IMG/VR virus record: IMGVR_UViG_3300021963_000038
Span: 1 to 64,000 of that record
Length of the DNA stretch: 64,000 nt
Origin: a virus
Direction: 5' to 3' (one strand)
Position numbers and translations under genes: made by a program. The notes under the pieces were generated by a model. It was not told where the DNA came from. It worked only from the letters and a program-made list of their open reading frames with translations, and did not search any database. Below, in pieces: positions 1 to 9,823 of this stretch (position 1 is its first letter; every line of letters begins with the position of its first letter).

Positions 1-101
1 ATATACGGTGGTATAGGAACAATCACCTCAAACCTAGATGGTTTAGCTAATCCATCTTTTGCTTTAATGTTTGATAAAAATAGTTGTGGTGAAAAAGGCA
101 T
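1..101 (-). CDS. Partial (N-terminus only) gp54/gp19-like tail tube initiator
   Basis: Not in ORF track. Minus-strand ATG at 101-99 overlaps the gp2 stop (TAATG); reads MPFSPQLFLSNIKAKDGLAKPSRFEVIVPIPPY, resembling the GxAxPxxFEV start of tube-family proteins; runs off the window edge. Confidence 0.65.
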   Translation of the reverse strand, partial: MPFSPQLFLSNIKAKDGLAKPSRFEVIVPIPPY

Positions 102-679
102 TAGAATTTATTCCTAGAATCGTTGTATACTTTATTTGCTGTTGAACCTTTGAAATCTTGAAATGGCAATAGTGCAGCGATATCCCATTCATCTGCGGTA
201 ATTTCAAGAAATCTACTATCAACGTGTTTAAAAAGATATCTTTTCACACAAGGTTTTGCTTTAAAAGCTCTACCCACATTTTTTAATTTTGCCCAACTTA
301 ATCTCAATTTTGTTGTTTCATCATATTTCGAATTATTGGCAAAATCACTTAGGGCATCCAAAAGTTCGATGCGTTGCCTTGGGCTTATGTAATGCAAATT
401 TAACCCTAAAAAACCATCATGGTATCGTTCTATCGGTATAACCAATGGGAACCTGTCGTAATATGGCAACTCATCTTTCAATTTTGGGTCGTAGTAATAG
501 AAATACATACGACCGATTATAGTATTCGATTTAAGTCGTTCCTTGTCGTTTAGGACCGATTGGCGAGTTGGTTTCAAGTCTTGTATCTTAGACCTTAGCC
601 AATCTCTTGCGGCAGTAGTTCTGGGTTTATAACCCGATGCCGCAAGTTGTTCTTTTATTCGTTCTATTAAATATGCCAT
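101..679 (-). CDS. gp2: DNA end protector protein (T4 gp2-like)
   Basis: GRMYFYYYDPK..LPYYDRFPLV..GFLGLNLHY motifs; next to gp4. Confidence 0.9.
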   Translation of the reverse strand: MAYLIERIKEQLAASGYKPRTTAARDWLRSKIQDLKPTRQSVLNDKERLKSNTIIGRMYFYYYDPKLKDELPYYDRFPLVIPIERYHDGFLGLNLHYISPRQRIELLDALSDFANNSKYDETTKLRLSWAKLKNVGRAFKAKPCVKRYLFKHVDSRFLEITADEWDIAALLPFQDFKGSTANKVYNDSRNKF

Positions 680-683
680 TCTT

Positions 684-691
684 TATTTATG
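684..691 (-). promoter_or_regulatory. Late promoter variant (CATAAATA) for gp2
   Basis: One mismatch to T4 TATAAATA; 4 nt upstream of the gp2 ATG. Confidence 0.55.
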
Positions 692-763
692 TCAATAAAT
701 TAAACCTCATTATTACCTTAGAAACTTGAGGATTTCTTATAAGTATCGGTGTCCGCTTTGAAA

Positions 764-1210
764 TTAGATACCTAGCTCCTTCTCAGTCATCACCATGAAT
801 TTCCAACCATGTTCCTGACAGAAGATATCCGCAGCTTTCCATTTTTCTTGATTCACCACATAAGTCGCAGCCTCACGAATATATCGTTTGGTTTTCTTCT
901 TTTGAACGGGCATTTTAGTTTGTTCTAACGGTTTCACTTCAATAATATAAGTCATTACGGAACCGTCTTTTTGTTTGATTTTGGCAATAAAGTCTGGAAA
1001 ATAACGATGTATTCTGTTATCCAGAGGTGATTTATATGGTATAGGCAGTTCTTCAGATGCCCACCAAATAACGCTGGTGTGTTCATCCAGCCATTTCATA
1101 ACACGCAATTCCCATGTAGACCGATAGATGATGTTGTTGGCATCACCATTGTATTTCTTTGGATTTTTGGGTTGGAACCGACCCTTATAGGTTTTCTTAC
1201 CGAATGTCAT
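764..1210 (-). CDS. gp4: Head completion nuclease (T4 gp4-like, TnsA-type fold)
   Basis: YKGRFQPKNPKKY..IIYRSTWE..WASEE..IPY..HRYFPDF..IEVKP..NQEKWKAA motifs. Confidence 0.92.
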   Translation of the reverse strand: MTFGKKTYKGRFQPKNPKKYNGDANNIIYRSTWELRVMKWLDEHTSVIWWASEELPIPYKSPLDNRIHRYFPDFIAKIKQKDGSVMTYIIEVKPLEQTKMPVQKKKTKRYIREAATYVVNQEKWKAADIFCQEHGWKFMVMTEKELGI

Positions 1211-1217
1211 ATAAATA
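1210..1217 (+). promoter_or_regulatory. T4-type late promoter TATAAATA
   Basis: Exact consensus upstream of gp48 (RBS AGGA, ATG at 1244). Confidence 0.8.
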
Positions 1218-1243
1218 TCTAGTAAACTCTTTTAGGAATTTCA

Positions 1244-2476
1244 ATGGGACTTTTTAACCTTTTAGGTGGTGGTATCAGTTTTGGCACCGATGCTAGAACT
1301 GGCACTAGTGCTTTGGCTGATTCAAAATACAAAACTGGATTATTCAGATATCCAATTGATTTAGGTGCGGCCGACAAAGGTCATTATATACTTATAAACA
1401 TTAATGAACAAATTAATACATCGTTTCCAGGTACTAAAGTTGAGTCAGCTTTACCGTCCGTGTTGGCCAATAAACAATTAGTATCTAGTCAATTTGGTGG
1501 TTACGATACGGCCGCAGGATTAGCTAATGCATCAAAACTTGCACAGGCGGCAACCGATGCGTTACTTTCAACTTCTGTTGGACAAGTTGTCAAATCTGCT
1601 GTAAATTTTGTTGGTTCAATTGCACCAGAAGGAGTTAAAGATGTTACTGGTGCTGGTTTAGATGCAATTAAAGCGATTGCTTCTAACATAGATGAAAATA
1701 TTGGTGTACGAACAATTAGAAGAATCACAGATACGGTTGCTCTTTATATGCCAAGCACTTTAAATTTTTCATACAATCAGGGATATTCTCAGGTATCACC
1801 AGGTGGTAGTGCGGCACAAACTGGTCTTTCGATGTTAAATTCTGCTACTGAAACATATAGAAATAGTGGCAATAAAGCTGATGCGGCCGCAATCACAAAA
1901 AATCTATCTCCATTTTTGTTTAATTACTTAGCACAACAAGTTCCTGGTGGTGTTGGCCAAATTATGTTTACCGCTGGTAGTGGTGGTAAAGTTCAAAATC
2001 CGATGTTGGAAATTTTATATTCTTCACCAGAATTTAGAACATTTAGATTTGACTTTTTGATGTTTGCAAGGTCTGAAGTTGAAGCATTGGAAGTTCAAAA
2101 GATTATTGATTTACTCAGATTTCACCAAGCACCAGAATTGGTTAAAAATAGTGGTGGTTACTTTTTATATCCACCATCTGAATTTGATATTGCATTTTAC
2201 TATAATGGTTTGGTTAATCCAAACATACCAAAAATTTCAACTTGCGTTTTAACTAGTATTGAAACTGACTATGCACCAGGAGGTTTTGCTACTTATGAAG
2301 TTGAAGGTGAATCACTACCTCGAATGGGTAGAACAGGTATGCCTGTTGGTATCAGATTGAGTTTGTCATTTAAAGAAACAGAATACCTTGTTAAAGGTAG
2401 TCCTCTATTGCCTAATATTCGTGCTGGAACTAATACAACGCCTTTCCAAGGTGTTCCTTCTGGCGTAAAAATGTAA
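1244..2476 (+). CDS. gp48: Baseplate tail tube cap (gp48-like)
   Basis: YPIDL N-terminus, ALYMP, NPMLEILYSSPEFRTFRFDF, PPSEFDI, CVLTSIETDY, LSFKETE motifs; precedes gp53. Confidence 0.85.
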   Translation: MGLFNLLGGGISFGTDARTGTSALADSKYKTGLFRYPIDLGAADKGHYILININEQINTSFPGTKVESALPSVLANKQLVSSQFGGYDTAAGLANASKLAQAATDALLSTSVGQVVKSAVNFVGSIAPEGVKDVTGAGLDAIKAIASNIDENIGVRTIRRITDTVALYMPSTLNFSYNQGYSQVSPGGSAAQTGLSMLNSATETYRNSGNKADAAAITKNLSPFLFNYLAQQVPGGVGQIMFTAGSGGKVQNPMLEILYSSPEFRTFRFDFLMFARSEVEALEVQKIIDLLRFHQAPELVKNSGGYFLYPPSEFDIAFYYNGLVNPNIPKISTCVLTSIETDYAPGGFATYEVEGESLPRMGRTGMPVGIRLSLSFKETEYLVKGSPLLPNIRAGTNTTPFQGVPSGVKM

Positions 2477-2487
2477 TAGGAAAAATA

Positions 2488-3132
2488 ATGGCAAAATATT
2501 TTAGTAAATTTCCTAAAACTTATTATAGTTTAGAAAATACTCCTTATAGTTTAGATATTGTTACAAACATCATATCTAGATTTTCTATTGAACAATCGTT
2601 TAAAGATAATACATCAATTTATGAAAAATATAATGTGCAAGAAAATGATACACCAGAAATTATAGCATCAAAAATGTATGATTCACCAGAACGTCATTGG
2701 ATTGTTTTGATGATGAATGATATTGTTGATGCACAATATGATTGGCCTTTAGAATATAGAACATTAACAGCATTTATCAATGACAAATATACGGCAAATG
2801 CAAATACTTCTGCTGGTCAAACTGGATTAATGTGGTCACAACAGAACACTCATTCATATTATTCTGTTGAAAAACGAACATCAATAAGAACGGGTGATTA
2901 TTCCGAAAGTAAAGTTCGTGTTGATGCCAACACATATGCAAATGTTGTTACAACATCAACCAATAAAACACTTAGTGATGGTAACGAAATAAAAATTGAT
3001 ACATCTAAAGAAACAAAATCATATTATGATTATGAAATTGATGAGAATGAAAAGAAAAGACAAATTAAAATTTTGAAACCAGAATTTGCTTATTCACTTG
3101 AACAAGAATTAAAGAATGTTTTTAGCCAATGA
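2488..3132 (+). CDS. gp53: Baseplate wedge protein (gp53-like)
   Basis: YFSKFP start, LysM-like DTPEIIASKMY..HWIVLMMN, ENEKKRQIKILKP end. Confidence 0.88.
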   Translation: MAKYFSKFPKTYYSLENTPYSLDIVTNIISRFSIEQSFKDNTSIYEKYNVQENDTPEIIASKMYDSPERHWIVLMMNDIVDAQYDWPLEYRTLTAFINDKYTANANTSAGQTGLMWSQQNTHSYYSVEKRTSIRTGDYSESKVRVDANTYANVVTTSTNKTLSDGNEIKIDTSKETKSYYDYEIDENEKKRQIKILKPEFAYSLEQELKNVFSQ

Positions 3133-4457
3133 GTCTTAATTTATCTCAATCAACTCAATTTAAGATAAAGGACTTAACACTTATCACAAAATTGGGTAGT
3201 GTTAACATTACAGGCATTTATCAAGAAATAAACATATATGACAGTATGTTTATGCCTTGTGTTCGTGGTGATATTTTAATTCAAGATGCGATTGGTTTAT
3301 CGAACAAACTTCTATTTGATGGTAGTGAATATCTTTCAATGGAAATTTTAAAGGGTGAAGAATCTGGACCAACCACATTCAAAAAAACTTTTAGAATTTA
3401 TAAACAAAGTGAAAGAGAAAACGTAAATCAAAACTCTGAGCTTTATATTTTATATTTTGCCTCAGATGAATTGATATATTCAGAACAACAGAAACTTACT
3501 CAACCATTTACTGGTACATATAGTGATATTGTGAGTGTTGTTTTAAAAAAATATCTTGATGTTTCAAGTAATAAAATAAAACAAATAGAACAAACCAAAG
3601 GTGTGCATGAAGTAATTATTCCTGGTTTAACACCTTTTGACACAATGGATTGGTTAACAAAAAAAGCTATCAATTCAGAATCTTTGCCTAATTTTTTATT
3701 TTTTGAAAACAAGTATGGTTACAATTTCGTTTCATTATCTACATTGATTCAAACTCCACCAATAATGAATGTTAATTTTGAACCAAAAAATCTTGCTGAT
3801 TCTGGTGGACAAGAATTTTATGGTGCTCGTGAAGCTAAAGTGGTTAGTTCTACTGACTTAATTGAAAATATTAAAAATGGTGTTTATGCTGGTAAATTTA
3901 TCGGTATTGACCCACTAACAAGAAAAGTTAGTATCAACAGAATCGATTTTCAACAAACATATGGCAAAACAGAAGCTCACTTGAACAAATATCCAAATTT
4001 TACGGGTGCTGTTAATAGACAAGGTAAAGATTCTGCACAGATGTTTGATTCTAAAGTTTCATTGTATGCATTTCAATCTTTTCGTGGCGCAACACCTTGG
4101 GTAAAAACAAATGACCCAAAAACTGGAACAATCATTGATGATACTCACGCATATGTGTTTCAGAGAGCTCCTATATTTGCAAATTTGTTGCAGTCAACAA
4201 TACACTTAAATCTTCCAGGTAATTTTGGTTTAACTTCTGGTACTATAATTAATTTAAGTATGCCAGTTAAATCAACCAAACCGGATGCAGGTGAAGCTTT
4301 GGATGAAACTTTAAGTGGTAAATATATAGTTACTGCAACAAGACAAATGATTAAAGGTGATATGCATGAAACTATTATTGAAGTAGCAACAGATTCTACG
4401 AATAGACCTTTCTTTAAAAAATTAACGGGTGAGTTGTTAACAGCAACATTAATGTGA
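3129..4457 (+). CDS. Putative baseplate hub protein (gp27-like)
   Basis: Between gp53 and gp5; INIYDSMF..GDILIQD, FLFFEN..GYNFVSL, LSGKYIVTA motifs typical of hub proteins. Confidence 0.6.
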   Translation: MSLNLSQSTQFKIKDLTLITKLGSVNITGIYQEINIYDSMFMPCVRGDILIQDAIGLSNKLLFDGSEYLSMEILKGEESGPTTFKKTFRIYKQSERENVNQNSELYILYFASDELIYSEQQKLTQPFTGTYSDIVSVVLKKYLDVSSNKIKQIEQTKGVHEVIIPGLTPFDTMDWLTKKAINSESLPNFLFFENKYGYNFVSLSTLIQTPPIMNVNFEPKNLADSGGQEFYGAREAKVVSSTDLIENIKNGVYAGKFIGIDPLTRKVSINRIDFQQTYGKTEAHLNKYPNFTGAVNRQGKDSAQMFDSKVSLYAFQSFRGATPWVKTNDPKTGTIIDDTHAYVFQRAPIFANLLQSTIHLNLPGNFGLTSGTIINLSMPVKSTKPDAGEALDETLSGKYIVTATRQMIKGDMHETIIEVATDSTNRPFFKKLTGELLTATLM

Positions 4458-4753
4458 TGAATACTAATTTTGCAGGTAAAAATGGATTTATATGGTGGGT
4501 TGGTGTTGTAGAAAATCGTGTTGACCCAATGGCTGTTGGTCGATGCCAAGTTCGTATATTTGGGTGGCATAATGAGAATCCTACCATATTACCTACAGCA
4601 AATTTACCTTGGGCTCAAGCCTTAATACCACTTAACAATTCAAAGAATTTCTCTGCACCAAGAGTTGGTGATTGGGTTCTTGGATTTTTTATGGATGGTG
4701 AGCAAGCTCAAATTCCCGTTATGATGGGTGTTTTACCAGGACTAAAACCATGA
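4454..4753 (+). CDS. gp5: gp5 N-terminal OB-fold domain (stand-alone piece)
   Basis: WWVGVVENRVDP..GRCQVRIFGWH..LPWA..GDWVLGFFMDG..Q.PVMMG; stops (TGA) after 99 aa. Confidence 0.88.
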   Translation: MMNTNFAGKNGFIWWVGVVENRVDPMAVGRCQVRIFGWHNENPTILPTANLPWAQALIPLNNSKNFSAPRVGDWVLGFFMDGEQAQIPVMMGVLPGLKP

Positions 4754-4765
4754 GGAATAATTTAA

Positions 4766-5668
4766 ATGCCAGTTGAGACCTTTCCAGTAAATCGTGGAGG
4801 TGTAATTGTTGTTAATGGATTAGCAAAAGAAAATTCACCACCACAATGTGTTCGCACAGGTGATGCACCACAATCTGGAACTCCATCAAATACTCCAGGT
4901 ACTTGTTATGGTAGAGTTGAGGGTACAATCATCGATGCAACAAATAAAAAAAGAGCCCACGTTTGCGATTTCATTTCTGAAATGCAGAAGAATATTGCTT
5001 TGAAAAAATATACTAAAGCCATTGGTAGATTCATAAGAGAAGCCATTCAAAAAATAATGAAACTTTTGGGTTTAAGTGATAGAACAGGCAAATTTTCATA
5101 TATCATAAACAAACTGAAAGCATTTGCGGCTGAATTGAGAAGAATCAATAAAGAAATTATACAACCAATTATTGATTTTGAAAAATATGTTTTGGCTTAT
5201 ATCACAAAACTTCGTGCTCTTATACAATGGATTTTAAGTTTGCCTGCTGCTTTGTTGAAACTACTTGCTGATTGTTTAGCTAGATTATTAAAGTTGATTA
5301 AAAGTATTTTTAGTGATATAATATCAGAAGCAACAAAAGATTTAGGTGGTAAAGGTGAAAATGGATTTTCAGACTTGATTGCGGCTGCAAAAGATGCGGC
5401 TAAGGCGACTGGAGAAACGATAAGTAAGGTGACAGAGGCGGCTCTTTTAGCAGTTCAAATTCCAGTTGCGGCAACAGCTGGTATTTTAGTTCCTGTCAAT
5501 CAAGCCGAATTAGATGCAGCTAATAATACAATACAAAAATATACTTCTGAAAATCCTACTGCATCCGATTTAACAAATGCTGGACAAAATAAATTGGCAC
5601 AGTTTGGATTTCCAGATAAAACTGATTTGAATGAAAAACTTTTAACTATAACAAAACCGGCTTTATAA
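4766..5668 (+). CDS. Helical hypothetical protein between the gp5 pieces
   Basis: 300-aa ORF with RBS GAGGA; long amphipathic helices (LIQWILSLPAALLKLLADCLARLLKLIKSIF). Confidence 0.7.
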   Translation: MPVETFPVNRGGVIVVNGLAKENSPPQCVRTGDAPQSGTPSNTPGTCYGRVEGTIIDATNKKRAHVCDFISEMQKNIALKKYTKAIGRFIREAIQKIMKLLGLSDRTGKFSYIINKLKAFAAELRRINKEIIQPIIDFEKYVLAYITKLRALIQWILSLPAALLKLLADCLARLLKLIKSIFSDIISEATKDLGGKGENGFSDLIAAAKDAAKATGETISKVTEAALLAVQIPVAATAGILVPVNQAELDAANNTIQKYTSENPTASDLTNAGQNKLAQFGFPDKTDLNEKLLTITKPAL

Positions 5669-5669
5669 T

Positions 5670-6527
5670 ATGGCAACATTACCAGAATTAGGAAACGTAC
5701 CTGGAATTCCAAGTGATACGGGTTGGACAGAACCAGAATCAGCTGCGAACACATCATATCAACCTTTGTATCCTTATAATGATGCAAAGCAAACGGAAAG
5801 TGGTCATCTATTTGAAATGGATGACACACCCACCCGTGAACGAATTCGTTTGCAACACGGTAAAAGTTTAACCTTTATTGAAATGCACCCCAATGGTGAC
5901 CAAGTACATAAAGTATTTGGTGATGATTATGAGATTACAATTAAAAATAAAAATGTTTTAATTCAAGGTCGTTGTAGTGTGACCGTTATAGGTGATTGCA
6001 ATATGGAAGTTCGTGGTGATTATAATCTAGATGTTAAAGGTGATTATAATCTACAAGTTGCTGGTAGAATGAACACTCGAGCTAAAGGTGACATAAGTTT
6101 TTCTGGTGATGAAGATATTTCAATTACTGCAAATGAAAATTTTGGTGGTGCAATTAGAATGGCTGCTGCCGACCATTTGTATTTGGATTCACACCTTTAT
6201 GTTAAAGGTTCAATGACTTCTGATGGTATCGTTACTTGTGATAGTCTTACTGCCGGTAACGAATTAGGTGGTGGTGTTTTTGCCGGTAGTTTTGGTTTCG
6301 TTTCAATATCAGGAGGTTTATCTTTGGGTGTACCTGTAGCTGTTCCTGGTTCTGTTTATGCTGTAGGTTCGGGAACATTTGGTATATCTGTTTTTGCACC
6401 TTATATTTCTTCGTTGTATAGTTCAACGATTATTGGCGGCGCAATTTGGCAGTCTGATGTACTCAACTATGTTAAACGTCTGATACACAGACCATCAGGT
6501 ACTGGTGAAGCTAAAGTTTCAACTTAA
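5670..6527 (+). CDS. gp5: gp5 C-terminal spike (beta-helix) piece
   Basis: YPYN..TESGHLFEMDDTP..ERIRLQH..EMHPNG motif followed by VxGDxxxx beta-helix repeats. Confidence 0.85.
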   Translation: MATLPELGNVPGIPSDTGWTEPESAANTSYQPLYPYNDAKQTESGHLFEMDDTPTRERIRLQHGKSLTFIEMHPNGDQVHKVFGDDYEITIKNKNVLIQGRCSVTVIGDCNMEVRGDYNLDVKGDYNLQVAGRMNTRAKGDISFSGDEDISITANENFGGAIRMAAADHLYLDSHLYVKGSMTSDGIVTCDSLTAGNELGGGVFAGSFGFVSISGGLSLGVPVAVPGSVYAVGSGTFGISVFAPYISSLYSSTIIGGAIWQSDVLNYVKRLIHRPSGTGEAKVST

Positions 6528-6549
6528 TTTATTATGAAAAGGAAATAAA

Positions 6550-7356
6550 ATGGCAAGTGTATATGGAAGATTAGGATTCGATTTTGATGCTAACAATGTT
6601 GGCATGATGGCACTATCAAACAATGCAATAGAACATTTAAATACAGCTCCAAATTTTTTACCACACGAATGGCAAGTAACTGACCTTGCAAATAGTGATA
6701 CTGATGGATACTATAAAAATCCAACTGCAAACCTTTGTATATCATTGTATGAAAATGCAAATTCTATTTTTAAAACAACAATGAATATTGGTTTTCCTTT
6801 TGGTACTGCTAATACAAAACAAATCTTAGCTAATACTGCCAATAACTTTATGATATCTGTAAATGGATTTAAATCTCACACAGATAATCTTTCTGTAACC
6901 GCTGTTGAAGATGGTGGTGTGGACGCCAATCAATTTCCATACAGACAAAGTGCCATGGGTTTTGGTAAGTTTTTAATTTATTTGACCTTTCAGACCGATG
7001 GAGTTTCAAACGCTTCGGCTGCACTAGGTAGTTTTACCAGTTTGTTTGTGAACGACCAACTAGAATCAAATAATACCATTCTTTATAATGATTTCATTAC
7101 TTTGAATAATTCAATAACATCTGGTAATTCCAGTTTGTCTGGTGATGCGGTAAATTTAATCATTTCACATATTGAAACCGCAAATAATTTAATTAGTGTT
7201 AGAAAGAACCATGATGTTCAGTTTTTCCGTAACAGTAATGAAGTTATTAAAGACTTCGGAGTTGTGTCGGAATTCTCAAATATGGGAGAAGTTGACTACA
7301 ATATGGCCAATAATTATATTGGTTCCGACAAATTACTTTCCAGAATTAACCCATAA
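6550..7356 (+). CDS. Hypothetical baseplate-associated protein
   Basis: 268-aa ORF with RBS AAGGA between gp5 and gp25. Confidence 0.7.
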   Translation: MASVYGRLGFDFDANNVGMMALSNNAIEHLNTAPNFLPHEWQVTDLANSDTDGYYKNPTANLCISLYENANSIFKTTMNIGFPFGTANTKQILANTANNFMISVNGFKSHTDNLSVTAVEDGGVDANQFPYRQSAMGFGKFLIYLTFQTDGVSNASAALGSFTSLFVNDQLESNNTILYNDFITLNNSITSGNSSLSGDAVNLIISHIETANNLISVRKNHDVQFFRNSNEVIKDFGVVSEFSNMGEVDYNMANNYIGSDKLLSRINP

Positions 7357-7359
7357 ATA
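7352..7359 (+). promoter_or_regulatory. Late promoter variant CATAAATA
   Basis: 4 nt upstream of the gp25 ATG. Confidence 0.6.
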
Positions 7360-7363
7360 GAAT

Positions 7364-7768
7364 ATGGCAACCGTAACCACAGATATCGTTAGAGATTTTA
7401 AAGACCTGGATTTGAATTTTACCATTCATCCAGTTCGGAAAGACATTAATAGAGTCATCGGACCGATGGCTGTTGTCAATTCCATCAAAAATCTAATACT
7501 CACAAACTACTATGAGAGACCATTTCAACCAGATATCGGTTCAAATGTTCGTAGATTATTGTTTGAAAATCTTGATAATATTACGGCAACCACTTTAAAA
7601 AATGAAATAGAGCGGACTATTGTGAACTATGAGCCTAGAGCGGCTGTTAAAGATATAAATGTGACCGCCGATTTCGACAATAATGGGTTTAAAGTTTACT
7701 TGGAATTTTTCATTGTAAACCAGACACAACCCATTATAATTAATTTCCTTCTTGAACGGATTCGATAA
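7364..7768 (+). CDS. gp25: Baseplate wedge protein (gp25-like)
   Basis: DLDLNF..HPV..SIKNLILT..ERPFQP.IGS..LFE..YEPR motifs. Confidence 0.93.
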   Translation: MATVTTDIVRDFKDLDLNFTIHPVRKDINRVIGPMAVVNSIKNLILTNYYERPFQPDIGSNVRRLLFENLDNITATTLKNEIERTIVNYEPRAAVKDINVTADFDNNGFKVYLEFFIVNQTQPIIINFLLERIR

Positions 7769-9823
7769 ATGGCAAACGCACGTTTACAAATTTCTGACCT
7801 TGATTTTGACACAATCAAGAATAATTTAAAATCGTACCTACAACAACAATCTGAATTTACAGATTATGATTTTGAAGGTTCTAGTTTAAATATTCTGTTG
7901 GATATTCTGGCTTATAACACTCATTATAATGCTTACTACTTAAACATGGTTGCCAATGAGGCATTCATGGATACCGCTTTATTGCGTGATTCGGTTGTTT
8001 CTCATGCTAAGACTTTAAATTATGTTCCGTTTTCTTATTCTGCACCTAAAGCAATTATCAACATGACGGTAACGTCTTTAAACGATACACCAGGAACTTT
8101 AACACTTCCTAAAGGCTTTAGTTTTAGTTCAAATTTAATTGATAACATTTCATATAATTTTGTTACTCTTAAAGACACAACTGTAACTAAATCAAACACA
8201 TCATATTATTTTGAAAATTTAGAAATCTATGAAGGTAGATTGGTTGATTACGTTTATACATTTAATAGAAATTCAAATCCAAAATCAATTTTTACTTTAC
8301 CTGATTCTAATATTGACACAAATACATTGTATGTAACTGTAGCTGATGTGAGTGGAAATTCAGCAACACAAGTTTATAATAAAGTTACAGAAATTTTAGA
8401 TGTTGATTCCACATCATTAGTTTATTTTTTACAAGAATCTAAAAAAGGTAACTATGAAATATATTTTGGTGACGGTGTAATTGGCAAAGCTCTTACCGAT
8501 GGTTCTACTGTTACTGTTAGTTATCTTGTAACATCAGGTATACCAGCCAATTCTGTTGATGGATTTATTGCTGATTCTTCAGTTGGTGGATTTACCGATG
8601 TTACAATCGATGTTGTAGCAGCCGCCAGTGGTGGTGCGATTCGTGAATCTGTTGATTCAATCAAATATTCTGCGGCCGCACAATATGCTAATCAAAATAG
8701 ATTGGTGACACTTAAAGATTATGAAACATATATTCAATCGAAATATACCAGTATAGATTCATTATCTGTTTGGGGTGGTGAAGATGAACCCACACCTGTA
8801 TATGGTAAAGTTTTTATTGCACTAAAACCAAAAACAAATTTTTATATTTCAGAGTTAGAGAAAGCTCGTATTATTTCTGAAATTGTTGACCCAAAATCTA
8901 TCGTAACTGTTCAAGCAGAAATTCGTGACCCCGAATATTTGTATTTGTCTGTTGAATCTTCTGTGCAATATGACCCAAGAAAAACTGTTTTAACAGAAGA
9001 TGCAATTAAAACAAATATTAGAAATGCAATCATATCTTATCGTAATACATTCTTAAATAAATTTGGTGCAAGTTTTATTTTATCAAAACTTCAAGAGAGC
9101 ATTGATTCAACTGATATTAATTCTATATTAGGTTCAGAATCAACTGTTCGTGTTCAACGCCGTTTTGAACCTTTATTAAATCAATCGGCAAGTTATAACA
9201 TTTATTTTAATGTACCTTTACATCGTGGTACGATTACAAATAAATTAACATCGACCGAATTTAATGTATATGATAATACTGGTACATTAAGAACTGCACA
9301 GTTCGATGAATCACCACAGTCATATACAGGTATTTCTGAAATACAAGTTGTTGACCCAGGTTCTGGATATACAACTGCACCAACAGTTACAATTAATGGT
9401 GATGGTTCTAATGCAACAGCAGAAGCAACTATTGTAAATGGCCGTATTCAAAAAATTACAGTTACAAATCGTGGTATCGAATATACTAGAGCAACTGTAA
9501 CCATCTCCGGTGGTAATGGATTTGGTGCGGCCGCACTTGCTGTTGTTGATGCAAAAATTGGTACTTTAAGAACCATTTATTATGATTCATTGGCACAAAG
9601 ACAAATTATTAATGCTAATGCAGGTACAATTTACTATGATGATGGCCTTGTGGTTGTTAACGATATAAGATTTTTAGCTGTTAGTTCAACAGATAATTTG
9701 ATTCGCATGACAATTGAGGCTGAAAAAGGTATTATTCAATCAAAGAGAAATACTATTATCACAATTGATTCAACAGACCCAACAGCAATCGTTACCACAT
9801 TAACAAAAAATAATAAACAATAA
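7769..9823 (+). CDS. gp6: Baseplate wedge protein (gp6-like)
   Basis: LDFDTIKNNLKSYL..FTDYDFEGS..LLDILAYNTHY..NEAFMDTA; YFGDG; QNRLVT..DY. Confidence 0.95.
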   Translation: MANARLQISDLDFDTIKNNLKSYLQQQSEFTDYDFEGSSLNILLDILAYNTHYNAYYLNMVANEAFMDTALLRDSVVSHAKTLNYVPFSYSAPKAIINMTVTSLNDTPGTLTLPKGFSFSSNLIDNISYNFVTLKDTTVTKSNTSYYFENLEIYEGRLVDYVYTFNRNSNPKSIFTLPDSNIDTNTLYVTVADVSGNSATQVYNKVTEILDVDSTSLVYFLQESKKGNYEIYFGDGVIGKALTDGSTVTVSYLVTSGIPANSVDGFIADSSVGGFTDVTIDVVAAASGGAIRESVDSIKYSAAAQYANQNRLVTLKDYETYIQSKYTSIDSLSVWGGEDEPTPVYGKVFIALKPKTNFYISELEKARIISEIVDPKSIVTVQAEIRDPEYLYLSVESSVQYDPRKTVLTEDAIKTNIRNAIISYRNTFLNKFGASFILSKLQESIDSTDINSILGSESTVRVQRRFEPLLNQSASYNIYFNVPLHRGTITNKLTSTEFNVYDNTGTLRTAQFDESPQSYTGISEIQVVDPGSGYTTAPTVTINGDGSNATAEATIVNGRIQKITVTNRGIEYTRATVTISGGNGFGAAALAVVDAKIGTLRTIYYDSLAQRQIINANAGTIYYDDGLVVVNDIRFLAVSSTDNLIRMTIEAEKGIIQSKRNTIITIDSTDPTAIVTTLTKNNKQ

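Noticed and set aside
4454-5670. Stop-codon reassignment or readthrough joining the gp5 pieces
   Set aside because: An in-frame TAA follows the TGA at 4753, the next ORF has its own RBS, the second junction changes frame, and core genes translate fully with the standard code
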